Positions 40,601 through 48,887 of a DNA stretch of 64,000 nucleotides are shown one piece after another. Position numbers and translations under genes: made by a program. Origin of the DNA: Promethearchaeota archaeon. Its GTDB lineage: Archaea > Asgardarchaeota > Lokiarchaeia > Sigyniarchaeales > SOKP01. The notes under the pieces were generated by a model. That model did no database searches. It saw only the letters and a program-made list of their open reading frames with translations, and was not told where the DNA came from. Numbering within the stretch: position 1 is the first letter of the stretch; every line of letters starts with the position of its first letter. The DNA is taken from NCBI GenBank assembly GCA_048940925.1, contig JBHLOC010000007.1, positions 32,001-96,000 on the forward strand, given 5' to 3'.

Positions 40601-42455
40601 ATGGGACGATGGATTTGCAGGAAATTATTGGGATGATTACACAGGTATAGATGCAAATATTGATGCGATAGGTGATAATTCTTACACAATTCGTGGTTTA
40701 GCTTATAATAAAGATAATTATCCGTTAATTTATCGAACTGATATTGATACTGACGGAGATGGTCTAATAAATTACGAAGAATATGTTTTAGGAAAAGATC
40801 AATACCGCACTAATGTTACAAATCCCGACACAGATTATGATGAATTATCTGATTATTGGGAATGGAAAAATTCTACTAATCCATGGAATCCAGACACTGA
40901 TTTTGACAGAATGCCTGATGGGTGGGAAGTATTCAATTTTTTAAATCCTATATCCGGAGATGATAATATCACTGATGCTGATAATGATTTTCTCTTGAAT
41001 GTATATGAATTCAAGAATGGCACTGATCCAAATAATGAAGATACTGATGGAGATACATTTTTGGATGGTATTGAGGCTGGTGCTTTACCAGAATATAACT
41101 GGTGGACAGATCCCTTGAATAAGTGGTGGTATCCAATGCCTAATCTAGTGGCTGTAGGTTTTCAAATAACTTCTGCTGAATTAGGAAAACCATTTGTTTT
41201 AAACATAACGATAAAAAACGATGGAATCTGGGATGTAGAAAATATAACAATCATCATTTGGGTTGAGTATTTGGGACAAGCTTTATATAACAATTCTGAA
41301 AATCCTATTCCATTATTAGAAGTGGATGAGGTGTATCAAGATTTTATTCAAAGTGACATACTGCCAAGTGAGAAAATTCCTCAAGGAGGGCGTTTGGTTA
41401 TGGAATTAAGATTAGATCCTGAAAATGTAATTAATGAAACTTACAGTAATAAAGATGGATCTGCTCGACACAGAAGTGAAGATGATAATATCCTAGAAAC
41501 AATCTTGAATATTGGTGGACAATTACCTGGTGGTGGTTTTGATATCTTTTGGATTATTTTAATTGTAATTGGAGTAATAGCTCTAGCGGGAATTACAAGT
41601 ACTTATATGGTTTTAAGACCAAGAATGAAAAGAAGAGCTGCTTTTAAAAGACAAATTGAAACAGCGAAAACGGATATTAATAACTTTGAAATCAATATGC
41701 GTAGTTTTATTAAAACAAAATTAATAGACACTTACGAATCCAGATGGTGGGATGAAGGAGTCCCTGAATACATTAGAACCCCCATTGGAACCAAAATAAA
41801 AACCTTGAAACCAAAGAAACCAGGAGTGCCAATCGATAGAATGGATTTGTTAGATTTCACACATTATAGTGCGATAATCACACAAAGAGATAATTGGGAA
41901 CATACATTCTCAAAAATCTTTCCCGAAAGAGGCGTGGTTGACACAAATTTCGAAAACCTAAGAATTATTAAAAGAGATCTTGCTGAAGGTACAATTACAC
42001 GTGAACGGTTATCCAGTTATTCATTATTTCTACATAATATAACAAATTTCTTTAGAAAAGGATTCAATGTGTTTTTAAGCTACTCCACACTCGATACAGA
42101 ATACTTTAATGTTAAGGAAATCGCTAAACGTTTAGAATCATTTCCAGAAATTGATAGAGTCTTTTTCTGGGAAGAAGATAGTGGCGAAAACATCGTCACC
42201 TATATGGAAAGGACTTTAGCAATGACAAAGGCATTTGTATTCTTTTGCACGGAACATTCTGTTAGATCTAAGGCAGTAGAAGATGAGTGGCAAGCAGCTT
42301 TTCAGATGAGGAAAAAAGGACTGCTAAAAATAGTACCTGTATATGAAAATGAAAATATAATTCCCTTCTTATTGATGCCCTTATTAAATGTCAAATACAC
42401 AAAAGATGATTTTGATGGTTTTATTCAAAAGCTTTATGAGGAAATTCTTAGATAA
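37662..42455 (+). CDS. Single-pass receptor-like protein: beta-helix (NosD) ectodomain, DxDxDG Ca-binding repeats, CARDB-like Ig, TM, Swt1-like HEPN, C-terminal TIR
   Basis: N-terminal hydrophobic signal; many GI.L..S.NN.I..N repeats; DTDGDG/NPDTD repeats; PNL...I.N.G...LDPEN.I.E; TM IFWIILIVIGVIALAG; E..MRSFI...WW..VP...DF..II...NW..F; TIR VFLSYS...VFF...S.AV..EW...IVPV. Confidence 0.88.
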   Translation: MKQKRRILTLIILALILFSFSNIQFFLKFFPNYHDNNEDEISELNSAKYWPNLNRIHIDDSNTSLNWATTAANNDWCNGSGTWSDPYIIKNVIIDGQERESCILIKNSNVFFIIENCTVYNTGDEGKFSEEPGIKLINTNNGTFISNNCSLNHYGIRLFNSDNNTFLNNMITKNEFKGITLEDSSNNTFAGNEISNNYLDGIVLESNSDHNNISQNKLYNNFGSGLSLMSGDNNTINNNDIFKNREYGIFLEAGRENTIKENAMKKCGIGISPSEEINTNIIDTSNTVNGKTFYIYFNQTDLDNSDFSSPRLAGQIILIKCNDSIISNFNLSQTSIGLILYECQNNTISNNLVNNCTKSGFYLNFCNNNTIYNNSVNYNFDGIELFGCINTRINRNNATNNKWNGIKLSENCVFNIIHGNNASNNIETGIYTEYCESNNITKNLVLNNERAGIRIKASHFTLIQNNTANNNINTRVINFGVGIQIGETGSFEQSNNNTITENIMNNNSYVGLFLDGKNNTITKNNFTNCGLIFGYYSDITTIDDFSSQTIDRSNLVNNKILYYYFNSTHLSNDNFSNAGQVVLVRCNDSLISNLQLERASLPISSYYCDNITISNNNLTENTFSGIYLIQNSNSNISNNQLNTNINIYLEVSTVITFGFGIYLEDCYNCNFTFNNATNNGYGIYLKDSNNILIKNNTFYDNNIAGISILANQPGKCDDINFSANYMRNCGVYIYESPYLQNSKLYIDKTNLINNRPLHYFSNTNSLKSSDFINPGQIILLNCNNSEISNLSFSRCTIGISLFYCHNASVYNINSSKNSMYGFVLVLSNNCHLFNNTASQNLFGIFNVFCFNNTYTGNTLKNSKSIFIDNLYFGGGICSMWYNDNLNIVRNTFENCSNGIMIYLEGPGIFFNVSDNLLDNNIQYGIWLKNCHNSTFTKNKIQNNGIGIYLDFYSDNSNNSFLYNNLNGNDLNAQDNGDNNKWDDGFAGNYWDDYTGIDANIDAIGDNSYTIRGLAYNKDNYPLIYRTDIDTDGDGLINYEEYVLGKDQYRTNVTNPDTDYDELSDYWEWKNSTNPWNPDTDFDRMPDGWEVFNFLNPISGDDNITDADNDFLLNVYEFKNGTDPNNEDTDGDTFLDGIEAGALPEYNWWTDPLNKWWYPMPNLVAVGFQITSAELGKPFVLNITIKNDGIWDVENITIIIWVEYLGQALYNNSENPIPLLEVDEVYQDFIQSDILPSEKIPQGGRLVMELRLDPENVINETYSNKDGSARHRSEDDNILETILNIGGQLPGGGFDIFWIILIVIGVIALAGITSTYMVLRPRMKRRAAFKRQIETAKTDINNFEINMRSFIKTKLIDTYESRWWDEGVPEYIRTPIGTKIKTLKPKKPGVPIDRMDLLDFTHYSAIITQRDNWEHTFSKIFPERGVVDTNFENLRIIKRDLAEGTITRERLSSYSLFLHNITNFFRKGFNVFLSYSTLDTEYFNVKEIAKRLESFPEIDRVFFWEEDSGENIVTYMERTLAMTKAFVFFCTEHSVRSKAVEDEWQAAFQMRKKGLLKIVPVYENENIIPFLLMPLLNVKYTKDDFDGFIQKLYEEILR

Positions 42456-42564
42456 AATAGACATTGATATTTTTAAATGATAATATCTAAAAAAACATAA
42501 AGCTAAAAGTTTAATTATTAACTTCTGTTAAAGAATAATAATAGAAAAATAATGTGAATCAATT

Positions 42565-44145
42565 ATGGTTGATAGAGTAGTACCATATCTAATTAATATG
42601 GATGAAGTAACTCCTGTCCGCTCTCAAGCATCATTATTAAATGAATTAGCAATGGCGTTAATTGAGTGTATATCAATTAATAGTAAAAAACTAAAAAAAT
42701 TAGGCAAAATATCTAAAATTTCAACAGCATTTTGGCCAGTTCGTTTAGTCCCGTTGAGTGATACGAGAGCATGCGTATTTAGTTATCTATTAAACAAACA
42801 AGAGAAGTTAAGTGTTGGTAAATGGGCGCAGATGCCTCCAAAACCAGAAAACATTATTAAGGGAGCAGATCCAGAATCATTTTTAAGCTCATTACAAAAT
42901 TATAATAATACTTATTTAAAAAAAAGCAAAAATTTTAAACGTGGAACTGTAATACAAGAAGCTTTATTTAATGCTAGCGAAGTTGAGTATTTTCAGAATT
43001 TTTTCTTAAACCAATATAGTTTAGGTTCTCATTCAACACCTTATTTTCTATTAGAAGGTGGACCTATCGCAAAAAGTGTAAATCAAACCAAAATTGTTCC
43101 AGAAATTATTGAGTTTGTCTCTCAAAAAGATATTGAAATACTTGATAAAATTGAAGACGGTATTATGAAATTATGCGAACGGTGGGTTCAAAAAGGCTCT
43201 AAGGAGGTTGATAAAATAAGAGATACTAAAGTTGATACAAGTGAAGAAGAAAAGAATTTATCAATTCTAAATAAAGAATTGCAAGCAGAAAAAGAAGAAG
43301 AAATAGAAAAAACACCAGAAGAACTAGTCAAAATAGGAAAGTACAAGGTAAATGATAAAACTGGAGAATTAAATAATGATCTTAGCTCACTTAAAAATAG
43401 TGTTGATGGCATGAAAAATGCTATTAATCAAAGAGATCTTTTTTTAGTAGAAGAAGGATTAAAAGAAATTCAACTAAAGTATCAGGAATTAGGAAATTCA
43501 ATCAGTCGCTACAATACTGAAATTACACAATTAAGAAAAAATATCCAACGTGAGATTTCTGACACTGAAAGAGCAAAACAACAAAGAGTCCGAGAATTAG
43601 AACGAAAAAAAGCTGAAGTGGAAAAACAAATAGAAGCTAAACATTCTGGTTTAAGCAGAGATTTAACTTCCGCAGAAGATATCATAGCAGCTATAAAAAT
43701 TGAAAAACAATCTTGTTTAGATAATCTTGAATCTGTAAAAGATATAGAAATGACGAATGTTCAGAATTTCTTTAATAGCTATTCACTTGCATTAAAGACA
43801 CAAAATGTTATAGTTGGTATCCCGATTTATATCTTCTATTTCGTAGATCCTAATACAAATAGGACTACAGAAAGATCTCCTGTACTTCCTATATTGATTG
43901 AAAAAGGGAAAACCGTAAGCACTAAAGTTAATGCAAGTTTCAGGCAGAAATTACGAAATCTAATGAATAAGGATAATGCAATGATAGATTTGGTTGAAAC
44001 TCAAGGCGATAAAAATAATATAATGGAAATAAAAAATCTAGACACTCGACTTGAAGATGCAATTAATGATTTGCGAATTCGAAAGATATTGAAAAAAGGT
44101 CAAGCTGAAACCGCTAAAGATTTAATTGCTAATCTTATCTGGTAA
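42565..44145 (+). CDS. Hypothetical protein with long central coiled coil
   Basis: Heptad-rich E/K/L/I central region flanked by globular ends (AFWPVRLVP; GIPIYIFYF); no TM. Confidence 0.75.
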   Translation: MVDRVVPYLINMDEVTPVRSQASLLNELAMALIECISINSKKLKKLGKISKISTAFWPVRLVPLSDTRACVFSYLLNKQEKLSVGKWAQMPPKPENIIKGADPESFLSSLQNYNNTYLKKSKNFKRGTVIQEALFNASEVEYFQNFFLNQYSLGSHSTPYFLLEGGPIAKSVNQTKIVPEIIEFVSQKDIEILDKIEDGIMKLCERWVQKGSKEVDKIRDTKVDTSEEEKNLSILNKELQAEKEEEIEKTPEELVKIGKYKVNDKTGELNNDLSSLKNSVDGMKNAINQRDLFLVEEGLKEIQLKYQELGNSISRYNTEITQLRKNIQREISDTERAKQQRVRELERKKAEVEKQIEAKHSGLSRDLTSAEDIIAAIKIEKQSCLDNLESVKDIEMTNVQNFFNSYSLALKTQNVIVGIPIYIFYFVDPNTNRTTERSPVLPILIEKGKTVSTKVNASFRQKLRNLMNKDNAMIDLVETQGDKNNIMEIKNLDTRLEDAINDLRIRKILKKGQAETAKDLIANLIW

Positions 44146-44581
44146 ATCTTTTTTTTATTTTTTTAAATTTAAGAATTTTAAGGGTTTCTATTTATTTTAA
44201 ACTCTTTTTTTAAAATATTACATAAATTTACAAAATTCTAAGGATAAGACTAGAATTTCATGGTTTAAAGATTAGATCACTATATTCCAAAAAAATGGAC
44301 CAAATTTAAAGTTATACGATACTTTAGGAATATTATTTATGAAATAATTGTTCAAAATCCAGATCAATTATCAAAAGGGAATAAAAGAATAAAAATAGAT
44401 AATATTAACTAGGATAACATTCTTTTGTTAAAAATTGAATAATAATAGTAGCTACTTAGGAGACATGGATGCATGTCCATTGAAAGAAAGTTTTAAATAT
44501 ATTTGTTACAGCATTTAACTTAAAACCTTTATTTAATTATAAAAATAATTTGTTTTAAAATTTAACAATTGGGAGAAATTC

Positions 44582-47110
44582 ATGAAATTAGGCAAAAATT
44601 TACTAATTGCAATAATATTAGGTTCATTGTTAATGATAACTAAACCTATATTCAAAGTTAATGATAACTTTTGTGATAATAATTATGTTCCAAACACAAT
44701 GGAAGAGAAGATTTCTACATCAAATATTCCCCCAATACGCACTACTGAACCTCCTCGTGAAGAAACGGTCTGGATGACAGGAAGTTATAATTCTCCAACT
44801 CAATTTCTTCCATGGAGTGCTCAATTACCCCCAGGTGCAGATGCTGGTATGTATGAAGCTTTATTCGGTTATAATAGTGTAACTAAGACACTTGTTCCGT
44901 GTATAGGTATTAGTTATTCATGGAGTGTAACTGGTAATAGTATTACTATTGATCTAAATCCTCTTGCTAAATGGTCTGATGGTTCACCTATTCAGGCTGA
45001 TGATGTAGTTTATAGTTATGAATTAGCCTCAAATCAAACTAGATACAGAAAGGATTTTACAGCGAGGTTTATTGATCTTGTTGAAGTAGATACGGATACT
45101 GTTCGATTTGATATTAATACAACAGCAGGTTATAACTTTAGTAGGCAAGTTGAAATTTGGATTATGTATAATATTCCAATTGTACCTAAACATGTATGGT
45201 CTCTAATTGTTGCTGATAAGGGTACTAATGATTTTATAGGAATTGGTTATCAATATGATTGGTTTGATTCAATAGATGTTCCTAACGAATGGAAAGTGAT
45301 ATCTGGACCTTATGCTCCTGTTTATCGAAATGCATCAAAAACTACTTGTGCATATCAGTATAGAGAGGATTGGTGGGGTGCTGGAATCCTTTACCAAGAT
45401 CTTCCTAATGCAGCTGAAGATCCACCAAAATATATAGGAACAATTAGATTAACTTCTAATATTGAACAAAACCTCGCCTTGTTGCAAGGAGATGTTGATT
45501 TACATGCGAGTTATTATTATCATATTTGGGAAATCTGGGAAGATGCTACTCCGTCAGATCCTGGGTATTATATCAGTTGTTGGTATGATCATGATCCCCC
45601 TTATCAATTAGCTATTGGCCCTCTTATAACTCTTGCACCCAATCATCTTCTTGCAGATTCTCCATTAGGAGTAAAAAATTTCAGAGAAGCCTTAGCTTAT
45701 GCTATTAATTATACATCTATCCCTGCTGCAGCCGCTTCTGGATATTGGTCAAAATCTAAACCTGGATATATTGATAATAATAGCGCATTACATGCCCCAT
45801 ATTATAATGGGTCTATTACAGCAAAATATCAAAAATTTTTGAATGTCACTAATGCTATTGTATTATTACAGAGCATTCCTGGTATGACAGGATCTGTAGC
45901 ATCTGGATGGACATATAACGGACATGCTGTTGGACCTTACGAAGCAATTGTTCCTATTGGTTGGAGTGATGTTATTGCATATACAGAAATGGTTTGTAAT
46001 GATATTACTGACAACTTAGGAATTACTATTACAGCCACACAAGTTGATTTTGAAACTATTTTTCAATCTTCGATAGAAAATAATAATTTTGATTTTGCTA
46101 TATTTCGTGTCGGAAACCGAATATCAGATCCTCCTCAAAGATTTCTTGATTATATGAGAGGAACACACTTATGGAACAAAAATGCAACCAATTGGAATAA
46201 TCCTACATTTGAAGCTCTATGGCAGACGCTTGAAACTGCAAATGAAACAACTTATGCAAAGAATCTGAACCTAATGCAAGAAATTTTAGCTGAAGAAGTT
46301 CCAGAAATTCCTGGGTTTGTTGATGGATATTGGTATGCTTTTAGTGAATATTTTTGGGAAGGTTGGGCAAGCGAAGCAAATAAATTTCAACAACTTGTTA
46401 CAACTTGGACAGATAATCAGTTTGTAATTAAAACAAGATTAATGTTGAACTTAAAATCAATAGACCGCAAAAGTCCGATGATTACTATTAATTCACCAAG
46501 TGAAAATCAAGTATACGGTGAATTTGCACCAAATTTTAACGTGGAAGTATATGATGCTAATCTTGATACGATGTGGTACACCATAGATGGAGGATTTACT
46601 AACATTACATTTATTACCAATGGAACAATCGATCAAAATAATTGGAGTGCTCAAGTTGACGGTCCTATGGAGATAATTTTTTATGCAAATGATACATTAG
46701 GTCATATAAACTCCAATCAAGTCATAATCAATAAAGATACTACAGTCCCTGAAATAATTATCAATTCTCCATCTCCCGATCAAGTATTCAGAGGTAATCC
46801 TCCTGAATTCAGTTTATCTATAAATGAAAGTAATTTAGAATCAATTTGGTATACATTAGATAATGGATTAGTGAATATTACATGTGAGATATCAGGACAA
46901 ATTGATCAAAATTATTGGAATGCGCTAAAACCGGGAAGTTATACCCTTAGATTTTATGCTAATGATACAATGGGTTATAAAGGATTTTCGGAAGTATCTA
47001 TTAAGAAAAAAGCAAGGGTAATTTCTGTGTATAATCCAATAATTATATCTATAATTACTGTATTGGTAACTATAACTATTAGGTATAAAATAAAGAAAAA
47101 ATTGAAATAA
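44582..47110 (+). CDS. Family-5 (OppA/DppA-like) solute-binding protein with two C-terminal Ig-like repeats and membrane anchor
   Basis: YE.LF.YN, KWSDG.PI.ADDV.YS, SGPY, FR.ALA.AIN, Q.ILAEE.P.IP; then P.I.INSP...WYT.D.G repeats; ISVY-TM-KKK tail. Confidence 0.85.
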   Translation: MKLGKNLLIAIILGSLLMITKPIFKVNDNFCDNNYVPNTMEEKISTSNIPPIRTTEPPREETVWMTGSYNSPTQFLPWSAQLPPGADAGMYEALFGYNSVTKTLVPCIGISYSWSVTGNSITIDLNPLAKWSDGSPIQADDVVYSYELASNQTRYRKDFTARFIDLVEVDTDTVRFDINTTAGYNFSRQVEIWIMYNIPIVPKHVWSLIVADKGTNDFIGIGYQYDWFDSIDVPNEWKVISGPYAPVYRNASKTTCAYQYREDWWGAGILYQDLPNAAEDPPKYIGTIRLTSNIEQNLALLQGDVDLHASYYYHIWEIWEDATPSDPGYYISCWYDHDPPYQLAIGPLITLAPNHLLADSPLGVKNFREALAYAINYTSIPAAAASGYWSKSKPGYIDNNSALHAPYYNGSITAKYQKFLNVTNAIVLLQSIPGMTGSVASGWTYNGHAVGPYEAIVPIGWSDVIAYTEMVCNDITDNLGITITATQVDFETIFQSSIENNNFDFAIFRVGNRISDPPQRFLDYMRGTHLWNKNATNWNNPTFEALWQTLETANETTYAKNLNLMQEILAEEVPEIPGFVDGYWYAFSEYFWEGWASEANKFQQLVTTWTDNQFVIKTRLMLNLKSIDRKSPMITINSPSENQVYGEFAPNFNVEVYDANLDTMWYTIDGGFTNITFITNGTIDQNNWSAQVDGPMEIIFYANDTLGHINSNQVIINKDTTVPEIIINSPSPDQVFRGNPPEFSLSINESNLESIWYTLDNGLVNITCEISGQIDQNYWNALKPGSYTLRFYANDTMGYKGFSEVSIKKKARVISVYNPIIISIITVLVTITIRYKIKKKLK

Positions 47111-47340
47111 CTACTTCTTAATTCATTCTCTCTTTGCTCAGTATGTTATTTAAATTAATGTTAAATAAAAGCATAGTAAAAGGGTAATATAAATATTAAG
47201 TTATCATATAGTTAATATAATAAATAGTATAATCCAAAAATCAACAAAGTAAAATTAAAAATAATTAAGAGAAAAACCAACTGGAATCTAATTTTTTTAG
47301 CGAAAATCATAATAAGATACAAACTACAAGTAAAGGAGTA

Positions 47341-48861
47341 ATGAAAAATATGAATATTTCAAAATTTTTAATAATAAGAATTGTTTATGGTGTTATTTTG
47401 GCATTGTTTATAACACTTGCTTTTTTTCCATACTTTTCTGTAACTTATACATACGGACCACATTCTTATACAGAATATTCTTATGGATTTTTTGAATTGC
47501 TTTTTGGAGGTTGGGTTGGAATAGGGCTTATTGGTGCATCAGTTATTCTTTTAAATTCACAAAAAATAATCAAACCAATACTCTTTGGGATTTCTGGATC
47601 TGTCATAATATTGATTAATTTGATTATCCGCACTCGCATTCTCGGGATGACTCTCGAATTAAGTTATTATGTGAGTATTGTATTACTGATTAGTCTATTC
47701 GCAATAAACATATTATCATTTGTATATAGAGAAACAAAAGTTGTAGTAAAATTTATTCCAAAAAAGAAAAGAATTAAGATCGAGGAACCAGAAGAATTAG
47801 AAATTGATTGGGAAAAGAGAAAAGAAGAAGAGGCAAAACAAATTTTGAAAGAACTTCAGCTTAAAATGATAGATGCTGATAATCTAATTAAAGAACAAAA
47901 GATAAAAGTAGCACTAAAAAGTTTAAATAAAATTAAAGCAATAGCTAAAAATCATAACTTAATTGAGCTTTTGGACGAATCAAAATCAAAAATCATTCAA
48001 TGTAAAGAATTGGAATCAGAAATAAAGAGGAGAAAAAAACAACTTAAAGTTAAAGGTAAACTTGAGAAAAGAATATCAAATGTTGAAGTTTTAATCGAAG
48101 ATTATGAATTAACTAAAGCATTGGAAAATTTAATCGAAATTAAGCAGATAGCAAAAACTAATGAAATTTCTGATTTATTAGGAATTATTGAAGACAGAAT
48201 CAGATATTGTAAGAGTTTAGAAACAGATACAGTTAATAGAATCAAAAATACAATTTTAAACTATGCAACAAAGCTTACTCGCCTTGAACTTGTAGATATC
48301 AGTGAAAAAAGTGGAATAAAAGATGAAAATTTAATTGAGAATGTGATTCTTGGAATGATTAGGAATAAAGAAATCAATGCTGAATATTTTTCAAGTTCTA
48401 AATCAATCGCATTTTATAAAGAGGAAAAAGAAGCAGTTCCTAAGCCAAAACTAAAGGAAGAAAAAGTTCTTAAAGTTTTCTTAAGTTATTCTACGTTAGA
48501 TGCTGATCATTTCAGGATCTCTGATATTGTTAATAATTTAGAAGAATTCTCAGAAATTGGAAAGGTTTCATATTGGCAAGCAGATAGTAAACAAAACATT
48601 GTTGAATTTATGGAGGAAACTCTTAAAGATTGCGATGTTTTCGTGCTGTTTTGCTCTGAAAATTCAAGAGGATCAAAAGCAGTAAAAGATGAGTGGCAAG
48701 CTGCCTTTCAAATGAGGAAAAAGGGATTACTGAAGATTATTCCCGTCTATGAAGAAGAAGAGCTTATTCCCGTCTTATTATGGCAGATGCTTAACGTTAA
48801 ATTTACAAAGGATAATTTTGATGGATTTATCCAAAGGCTTTATGAAGAAATTTTAAGATAA
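47341..48861 (+). CDS. 4-TM membrane protein with helical repeats, PCI-like winged helix and C-terminal TIR
   Basis: Four N-terminal TMs; two amphipathic helical repeats; RLELVDISEKSG...IENVILGMIRNKEINAEY; VFLSYST...SKAVKDEWQAA. Confidence 0.85.
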   Translation: MKNMNISKFLIIRIVYGVILALFITLAFFPYFSVTYTYGPHSYTEYSYGFFELLFGGWVGIGLIGASVILLNSQKIIKPILFGISGSVIILINLIIRTRILGMTLELSYYVSIVLLISLFAINILSFVYRETKVVVKFIPKKKRIKIEEPEELEIDWEKRKEEEAKQILKELQLKMIDADNLIKEQKIKVALKSLNKIKAIAKNHNLIELLDESKSKIIQCKELESEIKRRKKQLKVKGKLEKRISNVEVLIEDYELTKALENLIEIKQIAKTNEISDLLGIIEDRIRYCKSLETDTVNRIKNTILNYATKLTRLELVDISEKSGIKDENLIENVILGMIRNKEINAEYFSSSKSIAFYKEEKEAVPKPKLKEEKVLKVFLSYSTLDADHFRISDIVNNLEEFSEIGKVSYWQADSKQNIVEFMEETLKDCDVFVLFCSENSRGSKAVKDEWQAAFQMRKKGLLKIIPVYEEEELIPVLLWQMLNVKFTKDNFDGFIQRLYEEILR

Positions 48862-48887
48862 ACTTTATTCATTTTTAATACTTTTAA

